From the NCBI RefSeq assembly GCF_000485595.1, contig NW_014577079.1, forward strand, positions 304,826-351,520: DNA of 46,695 bases, written 5' to 3'. The notes under the pieces are model-generated. The model saw only the letters and a program-made list of their open reading frames with translations, had not been told where the DNA came from and made no database searches. Position numbers and translations under genes: made by a program. Shown here one piece after another: positions 7,950 to 20,846 of this stretch (positions are counted from its first letter, which is position 1; every line of letters begins with the position of its first letter). Origin of the DNA: Priapulus caudatus. Lineage: Eukaryota.

Positions 7950-9700
7950 TAGGCTAACCCGACCAGGCTGTGTGACTAACGTCAATACACCGGTATTCAC
8001 CGGTATTCACCGGTATACACCGGTATACACCGGGTATTCAAACCCTAGCAATACCGTTTCTTGGAGCTAGATTTAGGCTAGCTCTAGTACTATACTCTAT
8101 AGCCTAGGCATAGCCCGCGTACAGTGACTGCCGCAGGCATAGCCCGCGTACAGTGACTGCCGTAGGCCCCGCCTGCGGCAGTCACTGCAGTTCAAGGATA
8201 GAGAACATGGATGGGTCCCAATAAAACCAATGTCATTGACATCAATATAAATATAATAGGTTAGGGTTAGGGTTAGGGTTAGCCCGACCAGGCTGTGCGA
8301 CGGATTGTGGATTTTTTGTTTTTTTTATTTTTCCGGCCCAAGGAAGAGAACATGGCGTCCAATAAAACCAATGTGCCTAACCTAAACCCTCTCTCTAACC
8401 CTAACCCTAATCCTAACCTAACCATTACCCTAACTATTATATTAATATNNNNNNNNNNGATTAACCTATTACTATTATCTAGATTAATCTATTATTATTA
8501 TCTAGATTAATCTATTATTATTATTTATTATTATTATCTAGATTAATCTATTATTATTATCTAGATTAATCTATTTAAATAATAATAATAATAGATTAAT
8601 CTAGATAATAATAATAAATAATAATAGGATTAGGGTTAGGGTTAGAATTAGGGTTAGGGTTAGGGTTAGGCACATTGGTTACTCCGACTCAGGAAGTGAT
8701 GCTACGCCAGAAAGAAACGCTAATGCTAAGACTAGTGCTGCCACGTAGCGGTCGTCCTTTTGAGACATGTGAACGAGTGCTAACCTTGTTGGAGTCTGGG
8801 CAGAGCGTCGTCGAATATTTCCTTTTGTGAATTTATTTTTTTCTCATATAAATCTAGTTTTTTTTTTATTCGAGGCGCAATTTCGTGGCAATCGCTGGAA
8901 TCCCAGAGAGAGTCGTCGAATATCTTTTCTTTTAGGGAATTTATAATTTTTTGATGTAATCTGTCGTTTTTTCGGACTCGCATCGCGGATGCTGACGCGC
9001 GCGCGGCTTGCTCGTTATTCCTCATCCTTTGCGCAGCCTCCGAGCTGCTGCCGGCGGCGGCGCGTCGTGGTGACGTCTGTCGTTTTCAGACGTGACGTGT
9101 TTTCCCGCGCTCTTTCCGTAATTCGGCTTATCCGTGCAGTGAAAGCGACCTAGCGTTCACCGACGGTTTTACGTCCGCGCTGCGTGTGCATGCGTGCGTG
9201 TACGCGTGTGTGTGCGTGTGTGTGTGCGTGTGTGTGTGCGCGCACGCGTGCGTCGGATGCGGGCGCGCAGCAGCACTACAATACATGAAGCCTGCCCGCG
9301 GTAGAGACAGGAGGGCGAGAAGTGTCGGAATCGTGCTAGGTTCAGGAACCCCTTACATACATACATACATACATACAGGAGTGAATAATAATAATAGATT
9401 AATCTAGATAATAATAATAATAGATTAATCTAGATAATAATAATAATAATAGATTAATCTAGATAATAATAATAATAATAATAATAACCCTAACCATAAC
9501 CCTAACCTATTATATTGATATAATATTATATTTATATTGATGTAAATGACATTGGTTTTATTGGGACCCATGTTCTCTATCCTTGAACCGAATTGTCTAT
9601 ACGGTATTCTAACCCTAGCAATACCGTTTCTTGGAGCTAGGGTTAGGGTTAGGGTTAGGCACATTGCCATTGGTTTTATTGGGACCCTAACCCTACAACC
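7950..9700. repeat. Mosaic of telomere-like (TTAGGG/CCCTAA) tracts, TAGATTAATCTA palindrome arrays and inverted modules
   Basis: (TTAGGG)n at about 8258-8282, 8628-8670 and 9637-9659; (CCCTAA)n at about 8377-8435 and 9485-9508. Arrays of tagattaatcta+(aat)n at 8459-8625 and 9383-9485. 8192-8282 is inverted at about 9486-9587, and 8041-8070 is repeated directly at 9611-9640. An N gap lies at 8449-8458. Confidence 0.85.
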
Positions 9701-10517
9701 GCGGGCCTCTAGGCTGTAGCAAATGCTAATTTTGCCAAATAATGTTAATTCAGTAATGCAGATTATAGAAATTTCAAGGCCACAATTTGTTGATCTAAAT
9801 GCTTTCAAAAAATATTTGATACTATTTGTGGTGTACAAATGAAATGTGCACACTATATAGTCTACAAATACATGCAAATGCTCAATCCTATTTTGGGACC
9901 CATGTTACGTATTTACACATTTACGTATAGACTTAGTATAGATTCTAACTATTATATACGAACCGAGACGTCTTCGATGTTAACTTGAAACGTTCACACC
10001 TTCAGAGCGGTCGAAAACATACGTCGTACCGCTTGCACGCAATCGAATACACTACACGGGTTAAGAATACGGTTACGGAATAAGGATACCACACGCACAT
10101 GTGTACGTGAGTGTTGCATCATCACGGTGACGTCATCGCAGACAGGTACTGTATGCAAGCTGCTATCGCGGTATGTGCGCATCATATAAGAACTGATGTT
10201 ACGTGGTGCCCATCTAAAATGCGATGGTATTGCGCAATTCTCGGAAACTGATTCAATATCCTCCTCGTGCTTTTTGTGATGCTATCATGCGAATCGAGTG
10301 TGCGTGTTTGTTATTTAGACTGGGCCGGTATTTTTTATGGGGTTGAGTTGTCGGAATGAACGAGGGCTTGAGCAAGAGTAATGCACGTTTTCAGCACAAC
10401 GTGCGGCATTTCTATTCAGTCTATATAGTCACACATGACTACATGGCCTGCCACGCGGGCACGTGCTGCGTGACAAATCCTCACGTGAAAACATCCGTTT
10501 TCGAAATTCTAGCTACT

Positions 10518-10711
10518 CAGGTGCGTGTACAGGGGGGGTTCAGGGGGTCCGGACTCCCTCCCCCCCTACTCGCACAGAAAACGCATCTGAGCGGGTCTAA
10601 TTGAAAAAAAATCTGGGTGAGGGCCCCCAGACCGCCCCTTCGCGTGCTCGCAAGTTTGGGTTACGGTTATAGACCCCCCTCCCCCTGGTACAAATCCTGT
10701 ACACGCTCCTG
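10518..10711. mobile_element. 194-bp MITE with 16-bp TIRs and a 5-bp TSD
   Basis: caggtgcgtgtacagg ... cctgtacacgctcctg (1 mismatch), with ctact on both sides (10513-10517, 10712-10716) and G/C-run-rich subterminal regions. Confidence 0.8.
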
Positions 10712-10774
10712 CTACTGATTTGGGTATTTATAGCGAAAGGAATTATAGGCGAATATCCCGTGCGCTAGGACAAA

Positions 10775-11340
10775 TCTTACTATAAATTGGAGATTTTCTG
10801 TGTGTGTGTGTGTATGTGTGTCCGGCTATACGTTTCCGCACCGCTCAACGGATCCTCTCCAAACTTGGTCGAAACATTCTACAGATCATAACACGTTGCA
10901 TGGGCTAATTGTTTTTTTTCAGTTTCATTTTTTTCACATTCCACGTTCAAAAACATTAAATAAGTGCGAAATTTTTGCACCAAGCGCGGTGCAACGTCAC
11001 AACACGAAAATACAATGGCAATGTAAAAAACAATGTATAACCAAATAAAAGGCGCTCCATCTAAGATTTTCTAAGTCGCTCTATAATATCTAATCTAATA
11101 TCTAAACTATCTAATCTAACTCAGAGAAATGTTATACATTGTTTTTACTATTGTTTCTTAAATTGGAGCGCATTTCGGCTTATAACACAAGTCAACGACT
11201 TTCCCAACCGCAAACATATTTAAACACATGCCCAAGCTAATCAGCAACGAAAACTCGCAACCTCCTGATGTCGCACGGTAAGATTTCAACCGGTAAACGT
11301 AAAACGTAAAACGTTCAGACTGGACGCTCAAATATCTCTT
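10775..11340 (+). mobile_element. Probable non-autonomous Helitron 5' portion
   Basis: a|TCTTACTATAAA start, then a (TG)n microsatellite and ...acggat...ccaaacttgg...acatt, a layout recalled from invertebrate non-autonomous Helitrons. No clean hairpin+CTAG 3' end was found, so the right boundary is approximate. Confidence 0.4.
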
Positions 11341-11366
11341 AGCAAGCTATCTTATTTTTTTAGTTA

Positions 11367-11401
11367 GTGTGTGTATGTCGCTACCGCGAGCGCGGCGTGT
11401 G

Positions 11402-11448
<47 letters not shown>

Positions 11449-11825
11449 TGTGTGTCGTGTTTGTGTGGTGTTGTGTGTGTGTGCTGCTGTGTGTGTGTGT
11501 GGGTGTGCGTGTGTGGCGAGTGTGTGTGTGGTGTTGTGTGTGTGTGTGTGTGGTGTTGTGTGTGTGTGTGCGTGTAGTGTATGTGTGTGTCGTGTGTCTA
11601 TGTGGTGCGTGTAGTGTATGTGTTTGTGTATGCTGTATGTGTGCTGTGCTTATGCCGGTCGGCGCGCGGTGTGTGTATTGTGTGGTTGTTTATGGCTTAT
11701 GTGTGTGTGTGTGTGGTGTGGTGTGTGACTGTGGTGTGTTGTGGTGTGTGTGTGGTGGGGGGGGGGGTGTGTGTGTGTGTGTGTGTGTGTGATGTGTGTG
11801 TTGTGTGTGGTCTGTGTAATGTGTA
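11367..11825. repeat. Imperfect (TG)n microsatellite
   Basis: Direct inspection; it explains the poly-CV ORFs. Confidence 0.95.
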
Positions 11826-11866
11826 AGCAGAATTCTGAACGCGCACACTAACGGGCGATGGACCTA

Positions 11867-12362
11867 GCCGCACAATGCGTCATCCAAACGCGTAACAATT
11901 TCCTTCAGTACTGAGACTAGCAAATAGCTTCGTGTCATGGCATAATCATACGACAGGGTATGCAAAATAAAGCTGCTAGTCCTCCCATTTCACTGCGCGT
12001 TGTCTTTTATATAAAAGGGATTTTGAAATACCTCCGATGGTTTTGTTGTACAGTTCCGCAATTCTCCAAGCAACCGGTGCAGCGGTGCCGCGGTACAGCG
12101 GTACGGTGCGCGAGCAAGATAAAAAACCATCTGACGTCACGTCACCACTTCGCAATGTTATGTTGTTGAAAGCAGAGTTTAGCGTTGGCGCTGATATACC
12201 TGATTTTCAGCGACCACTCTTTACTTGTTGGGAACGGCGCAGTCAAATGGGGAGGAACTAGACGTTTATTTGGTCCATAAAGTAGTATATTATGCATGAC
12301 ACGAGTATTTGCTAGTCTAGTAAATTAGAGAAATTAGCGTTCTGGATGCAGCATTGTGCGGC
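11867..12362. mobile_element. ~500-bp element with ~80-bp imperfect terminal inverted repeats (MITE-like)
   Basis: 11867-11951 (gccgcacaatgc...gactagcaaatagcttcgtgtcatggcataatcatac) matches the reverse complement of 12285-12362 (gccgcacaatgc...gactagcaaatactcgtgtcatgcataatatac) with scattered indels. No TSD was identified. Confidence 0.65.
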
Positions 12363-14479
12363 TTTAAGAAATTATCCATTCAAAGGCGTGCGTTAGTACA
12401 ATTTTGCATCCACTAGTAGTACGACAAACCCCGAGGGTATATATATGTTATCAAATATGTTATCAGCGTTAATTATAATATGTCCAGTGCAGGAATGTAA
12501 CCAGAGATACAGTAAAAGACACTACTAATAAAGAAATAATAGGCCTAACAACAGTAATAATAAAAGAAAATAATAATAAAGATATAATTATAGAGATATA
12601 TGCGTACCAGAATAATAGAGATTGAAGTATTATGTCTTTGATGTATAATAATATATATAGTGTGTTTGTATATCTATCTATGGTATAATATCACAGGCAC
12701 TTGGGACAGAGTCAGTAAAAACTGAAAATAATATGAACGCACATTCACAAATAGCCCCTATACTACCGTACCTCTCAATTAAATTACTAAATTTGCCGTT
12801 GTTGTTAATTGATGTACTTTGATTCCAGCGAACAATAAAAGGCCACAAATGTCAAGCATTAATGTGATGCAATGTGTAATATACTCGTATAATAATAAAT
12901 AAATGTGAACCCATAAATTAACATGAATTTGCATTTTATTTTACATGTATACTTTATTTTTTTTTAAATGGTGGTGTGCCGCGACAAACACATATCGCAG
13001 CCCGCCACAACTTTTTTCCTGTTTTTGCGCACTGTGAAAAAACGGCGATGGACCATTATCAGAAGTGCTCCCTTTCTTGGATTGCTGGCTCCCTTTCTTG
13101 GATTTTCCCAACTTGGGACCTCTGATCCTGACTCTAGCAATCTTCTTGTATTATAATGCGCCAAATCTTCCGAAATTTCCTTATACTGCAGTATAGGGTT
13201 GGATTTATGTTTTTGCATTCCCACTATATCCAAAAGATACTTAATTGTGAAGTAAAATAAAGTAAAGATCTAATAAATGTAAACCTGATAACATGAGTGG
13301 AACATAAGTGAATAATGTATCGATATCATGATATAACAAACCGTGAAACGTAACGCTCTATTTTCACTTCGACACTTGCGCCGCGCGCGGCACAACGCTC
13401 GCTGCTCTGACGGAGAGTAGTTGGATCGACCTCATTTCTGGCAGTAAAGGTGGGAACGGTGTATTTTTCTCGAGAGACTCCGGATTTAGACGATTTTTGC
13501 TTAGAATCTGAAAACAACCGCTGGACAATATCCTATGTCCGTGAACCTATTTCCGTGTTCAGGCAATCTAATTAGAAGTCATGAAATGATTTCCCTGGTA
13601 AAAGGTGCCTCAGAGTCTCGCTTTCTGGATACCCACTGAACCTTTCAATATTTTTTTTTTCAAGATTCAGTTATTCCTTATTTTCAGAGAAATCTTCTAT
13701 TCAATGCCCCTTAACTCGAACACTAGTGTCCCACGGTTGACTCTTCTCTCTCCCGTCTTGGTATGTATTACTCTCTAATCGTCTGCATGTTGTACTCTGC
13801 TATTCTACCCCTCGCACTTTCTGTTAAATAAGTGGGATACATATCTTGCTCATATGTTGCGATTTTCGTGGTTCAATTTGAGAAGTGTTTTCTTACCTGG
13901 CCATCTGCTCAGCATAAATGATGATTACGGTAAATGATTCGGGTAGAGATCTCACATGTCAAACTAATGGTGGATATGCGCCGGGTCTCTAAATGTATAG
14001 TGCATATATCTCTCTCTAGTGTCTATTGTGCATTTATGTGTGTATGAGAAAGGTGCTTTCTAATTGCAGTGGTGTGTGCTGTAACTCTGTGCCTCACATG
14101 CCTCTGCTCGCCTCCCCCTTCTTCCTTGTTCCTGTTCTTGGTTTGTGATCTCTATCCTAAAATTATCATCCATCATATACTAGCTACAGTCGGTGTCCGA
14201 CTCTCCCATCTCTGTCCTCTGCGTCGAGATCTTTACTCCGTCCGTCGCACTTGCCTGACCGTATCTAGCTGAGTGTGACATACTCTGCCCTTGGTGCTCC
14301 AAACTAGCGCTGACAGCGCTATCCTTCTCTCAATTTTTGCATTTTATTTTATGAATGTCCACTTAAGTTATCTTGCACAGATTTACGTAATAAAGATATT
14401 TAATCGCTATACAAATTGTATTCTTCTCATGTATTCTATATCTCAGGTTGCTATGGATTTCTTTACTATTTTTTTCTAC

Positions 14480-14531
14480 TGCTCTCTCTCTTCTCTCTTC
14501 TTTGCTTTCTTTACTTTCTCGCTCTTTCTCA

Positions 14532-14575
<44 letters not shown>

Positions 14576-14780
14576 CTCTATCTCTCTCTCCTTTCTCTCT
14601 CTCTTCTCTTCTTCTCTCATTCCTCTTCTCTCTCTCTCTCTCTCATACTCTCTCTCTCATGTCTTTCTCTCTCTCTTCTTACTCCTCTCTCTCCTCTCTC
14701 TCTCTCCTCTCTCATCTCGTCTCTTCTCTCTCTCTCTCTCTCTTTATCTCTCTCTCTACTCTCTCGGCTCTTTCTCTCTT
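14480..14780. repeat. Imperfect (CT)n microsatellite
   Basis: Direct inspection; it explains the poly-LS ORFs. Confidence 0.95.
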
Positions 14781-17499
14781 TCACGAGTACACATATCAAG
14801 ATATTATAGTTTGTTTTGCGATATTAAAAATCCTCCGACACTGAGGACCATCCCTCCTTTTACCCGGTTTCATTCCCGCCCCCTCCTCTCCCCGTCTCCC
14901 GTCCCCCTTCGTCCCTTCCGTACCCCCTGTACCCCCTCTTCATTTGACAAAGGCTGGATATGCAGCTGCTTCTTTCATGTAGGACACCTCTCGCCACCTA
15001 TTGGCCGTTTTAGTTAGATTTCAGTATAGCTGTCACTAGAGATGTATAAATGATACTATTTATTCGTGTATATCATCTACTATCAGCTCTATGGTAGTGT
15101 ATATATCAGACGGGAAAATTAAAGCACACTTGACATTAACTTATTATAAAAAGTGAAAGACTAAGTTGCGGAGTGTGGTGTGGTTGTCAAAATAATGCTA
15201 GCAGTAATTCTTCTTTATTTTAAAAGTATAATTTTATCAAACCACTGATTTATTTAACAGAAACTGAGTATGCGCGAACACAGGTCTCAGGAAATTCATG
15301 CTGAGGCACAGAATAATCTGCGTGTCTTAAACATTCTTTTTTTTTATGCGAACAAAACATACGACAGCCTTATATCGAAACAAAACATCTGCGTGGCACG
15401 CACTATAGATACAGGGCATAAGTTTCGTTCATATTGATCAAATCGTGCTAACTAAACTCATTTCTCGGATAGGTAGCTTGTAGAGAAAAATGAAAAATTA
15501 ATTACATGAATATTGATTGATTCGTGAATGGTAGCTGAATAATTGTAATAACACTGGAATTTCTGTTCAGGTATGCACGCTAATACGTTTATGGAAAGTA
15601 AGATATTTAATAAGATTGTTGATATTGATAGCAGACGTAGGCCATGAAAACTGACCGTCAGCAAGTTACATACATACATGTATGTGTGCTGAATCTATTT
15701 ATTTTGCTAATTACTGCTCATTTAGACACTTAATTATGGTAAGTTAATTACGTATAATCAAGAATTCTACCCCTAACATTTTAGACGGTATTCTCTCCAT
15801 AATATATAAAAGCTAGCTAGGCATCTTCTTACTATGTAGATTTATTTTTAATATAATTTCCCATTTGTGTGTTCTTGCTTTATATGCTGATATAATTATA
15901 TGTTCAATAATATCAAGAGCATATAAAGAAGGCTCTTGATAAAATCTATTTAAAATGTACTCAATAGATTAAACGGATTCTGGGCTTTGGCAGAGCATAT
16001 AAATCAACGATATATTGATTTATATGTTGATTTATATGTTGATTTATATGCTCTGGCTTTGGTACGCGGATTTGGAATTTACTGGAAGGTGCTGCCATCT
16101 AACGCACATGAATATGGATATCCTTGCCAAAGAGCGTTTTTGATATTATTCACTAACATGTTGAGCGCTTAAACTGGTACTATGTCTTCCACCTAAACGC
16201 ACCAGAGTTCCCCGTCATAAATGCACACATCACACCGGCCTGCTCGATCATGCAGAACATCTACGTTTTTCTAACTGCATTCTTTTACTTTTCGCGAAGC
16301 CCTCTTTGATTTCGTCGGTTCGATATCTGCCTGCACTCGACGATGCGGACAGTCGTGTATGTATACAGCCAGCCTCGGCTATTTACATTCGCTTATTGGA
16401 TTGAAATGAAAGGGAACGGGAAGCGCCTACGTCGGCTATGATTGTCTATAGGAAGTAGTCTACTCTCTCCTACAATATTGGACAGCGAACGTGTCACCTA
16501 TGTGCTCTCATGCACTTAATTACAGCGGTGCAGCCGAGGAATGTATGCTCTTCGTGACCGTGTCAACATCACGCGATAATTATACAGACTATAAGATTTA
16601 TAGCGACGCTCTACAGCCCGCAGAAAGACTAGACTGCTGTCTCGCGATCAAGGCGCATCAATTCTAGGAATGATACTAATATTAGTTTTATATTATATTA
16701 TTAGTAAGAACGACGAATAAAATGACAGCTTGCACACCAATGCTTCGCACGTATTTATCATCTCATATATTTATATATATAAATATATACACACACATGC
16801 GAAATTCTTCGTTTATATATATATATGTATAGGCCTATATATATATCCAAAAACAAAGAATTTCGCATATATATATATATGAATGTATAAGATGATATAT
16901 GTTTGTGTGTGTGTATATGTGTGTGTGTGTGGGTGGGGGGGGTGCGTGCGTGTGCCTACGCGCGCGTGCGTGTTCGTTTCCTAGTGTGTGGCTAATAATT
17001 CCTAATTCGTCGTCCAAATGAAACGTGACTGTATGTATGATATTATAGAAGCACTACTATGACACACAGCAAGATATGGAGGAGAAGAACATCCCGCAAT
17101 CACTTTCGTTTAACACTGCAAGCCTCTCAAATAACTCTCCTTCTCATCAAATGCCACAAGCAAAATAACAACGCTTAGCTGAACTATTTTACTTAGCCGT
17201 TTGCCAGGATAATAACATTGATTCTTTTTAACGATGCTATCTTTGCTAGAATCAATAACATTGCAAGGTAGTGAAAACTAATTATTCATATCAGGTTTCA
17301 ATCATTTTTTAAGTATCACAAACAAATGTCATTTCAGATATCCGATATTATAAACATTGTACCTATGCAATTAGAATTTTGAAATCCTTCTAAATAAGAA
17401 AATATAAGTTTATTCTATATGTTTTGTGTTAATTATGAAGAAGTAAAACGTGTTTTGACTTTTAATTTAGAATCTACTAAAAACGTTTTATGACGACTT

Positions 17500-17745
17500 G
17501 TGTGAGTGAGTGAGTGAGTGAGTGAGTGCGCGAGTGCGTGAGAGAGCTAGCGAGCGAGTGAGTGAGTGAGTGAGTGAGTGAGTGAGTGAGTGAGTGAGTG
17601 AGTGAGTGAGTGAGGGGGTAGTGGATGAGACCGCGAACGTGCAGCGACGTATGAGTGAGTGAGTGCTGCGTGCGGCGTTCCGTGCGTGACTGTGAAGCTG
17701 AGTGCGTGACAGTGAGTGAGTGGATGAGAGAGCGAGCAAGCGAGT
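17500..17745. repeat. (GAGT)n tetranucleotide microsatellite with a degenerate flank
   Basis: Direct inspection. Confidence 0.9.
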
Positions 17746-18149
17746 GCGTACGTGCGCACACACGTACGAGCAACCGTTAAACCGGCGCGGCGACACCAGC
17801 AGGGTGACTTCTTTTCAACACCAAAAAAATCACGCGTGCGTACACGTACGTACATCACCGAGTTGCCCGTGGCGCACAGTGTGGCGTGTGCGTGAATGGA
17901 TGTTCGTGCGTTGCTACTACTATCTAGCAGTATATAGTAGCTATAGCTGTTCAACGCGGTGCTGCAGCAGCACTGCAGGCACACACTCTGTATCCGGCTG
18001 TAGTAGTGGGACTGGTATTAGCGCACACATCGAAATAATCCGCTGCGGGCCATTAAAAATAAACCGTAATGAAATAGTGAAATAGCCGGTCATTTGGAAA
18101 GCACTGTGTTCTTCGTGTCGACTGCGAGCGCGTGTGTGCGTGTGTGTAT

Positions 18150-18197
<48 letters not shown>

Positions 18198-19811
18198 GCG
18201 TGTGCGTGTGCGTGTGTGTGTGTGCATACATTCGCTGCTGTACGGCCATCGTGGGACACATACACACTGGCGACGTGAGCGGCTAACGAATATGCCGTCA
18301 TCGTATGCGAGCTGGCTTGCCGACAGAACTCACTGCTGCGCACAACGAAGCCCTCAATGCTGCAGTAGGGGGGTATGTTAGAGGCAAGAGTAACAATACT
18401 TTATATACTGACTAACTGATAAGACTACTGTATATGTAGAACGTGTTGTGGGTAGTTATTAGAGCTGAGCAGTGTACAGGGACTGACTAAAGAGAACTTT
18501 GTAGTCGAAAGCGATATGGTGATAATTTACTTTTATTCGAACAATGTAATTCTTAGAGCTCCAAGCTGGATTAATTTAAGCCACTACTAATTAGTTTTTA
18601 AGCCGCAATGCGCATCCACACGCGTGCATGTGATATAATAAAAAAGGAATTGATTTGTTTTACAGGAATTCAATCATAGGGCGTAGTAATGGCTCGACGA
18701 GTGTTTCACATCGTATGGAATTGTTGTTGCGTATCAACACTGTGCGAATGACTATAAATCTAATGATTAAAGAGAGCCGAGTGCAGTATGCATTGTTTTG
18801 ACGACGTATGGTGCCTACGTTGTAAGCGTAGGAGAGAGAGAGCGGTGGCCTTCTCTGTACATCACACAGACTGCCGGCCATACACGTGTCCCGCTCGCTT
18901 TGCTATGGGCGTATGCGGTCCCGCTCTTTATTTCGATCTGGGAACAATGCGTACAGCGCGTGCCCTTTGTCTTGGACATCGCCTTTTAGCAGCGCATTTA
19001 AGAAAAGTCTTCGTGCTTTTTAGTCATTGCCTATATTGCTTTTTGGTGGAAATGCAGTGTAAATTTGGGCTTCTGTCTCGGCACTCTGATAGAATTTTAA
19101 TGGACTTTGCAGTAATTTTTTTTTTATGGGGAGATTACAGGCTGATATCCTCAACTTAATAATTCAGCAGTGCTGACCGGAGGAAGGAGATGTTGCATAG
19201 AGAGCTCGCACAGGAAGCCACCTGGTTTTTGTAGTGCGAATATATAACGCACAAATAGCTCGCGTGGAGAGTATATCAAAGAGCACGCATCAATGGTTCG
19301 CTGCTCGCTATTTTGGCGTGGGAGTACACGTGGCGTTACATTTACTACAGAATCTACGTTCCAGAAGTTTTCGCATGTTTGTTGCACTGATTCATTGATG
19401 TGAAAAATAACGGAACATCGTTTGGAAAATCTCAATGATTGAAACAACACCAGAGCTTATCAAGACAATTAGTTTCCGCCTATACTTTACTAATATATAT
19501 ATAGCGTCCATGCAGTCTTGAACTGTAAACGCTATATGTAAAACGTAATTTAAAGTAGGTGCTTTTAATAGCTGCCCACTCTAGCAGACGCAATTCTTCC
19601 AAGTTGCGCTTCCAGCGTGATTAAATTTTCGTCTCAATCCGACATGCGCCGCGTATCGCAAACAAATCTAGGAATAAACCTACTCATTTTAATCCGCAGC
19701 GCGCTGTGCTGCAAACCAATGGCGCGGCACATGCAGCGGCCTGCACTTGCTCTATGCAGCGCGAAGCCTAGCGACAACCTACGACAGTCCTTGTGCCTTG
19801 TCGTCTAGAGA

Positions 19812-20145
19812 CCACACACACGCGCGCGCGCGCAGCGCACGCACGCACGCACGCATACACACACACACGTACACTCACGCACACACACACACACGCACGC
19901 ACGTACACGCGCGCGCGCACACACACACGCACGCACGCGCACACGCACACATACGCGCGCGCACGCGCACGCACGCACGCACACACACACACACGTACAC
20001 TCACGCACACACACACGCACGCACGCGCACCCACACACGCACGCATGCACGCACACACACGCACGCATGCACGCACGCACGCACACACGCACGTACACAC
20101 ACGCACACACACACACACACACATACACACACAACACACACAACA

Positions 20146-20194
<49 letters not shown>

Positions 20195-20814
20195 TACACA
20201 CCACACACCACGCACCCCACACAATATTCATCCAGCAAATTGCCGATGCGTTAGCGTAGTTATTTCGCATTGTAATAGTCGTCGGTGCTTCGACTGCATC
20301 GCGTCCTATAAGCGAATGTTGCTATTAGTGCTCGTTGTTGTGCAATCGCAATTAGAGGCGATGGGATAGAAGGGCGGACAGGTGGCGCTGATTGTCACAG
20401 CCAACACGCTCCGATTCGCGTATAGAGACATACGATCGTAGTCTCTACGGACAGAGACCTCTATATGGTTCTGAACGCATTGTGTGTACGCATAGGGCCG
20501 TAGCTAGCGGGGTTGGGGAGGGGACAGCTTCGTCCCTCCCCACCCAGACGCGTAGTTAGTACATGATCAATGGCGAACTGCCCACGGTCAGCTGCAAGAA
20601 CACAAACTGTAAGGCTCTGGCCACTTCACCAAAAGGAGCAAATGAGCGGAGGGTAAAGCCCCCCCGGGGGCAGCGCCACAGCGCATGCACACGCACACAG
20701 CCACCCTCCTTCCACTCTCCCTCACTGACACGCACACACGCTCTCTCCACTCTCCCTCACTGGCACACACACGCTCCCTCCACTCTCCCTTCCTCACGCA
20801 CGCACGCATGCACA

Positions 20815-20846
<32 letters not shown>

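Noticed and set aside
8258..9660. True telomere or chromosome end
   Set aside because: The tracts are only about 4-8 imperfect units long, switch orientation and are internal to the scaffold.
15770..16110. Faint resemblance to a LINE ORF2 C-terminus (IYK..LGIF; RG...W..LP)
   Set aside because: The motifs are too short and degenerate in AT-rich noisy sequence to support without a profile search.
20493..20545. agggccgtagctag plus a G/C hairpin as a MITE end
   Set aside because: No matching second TIR was found.
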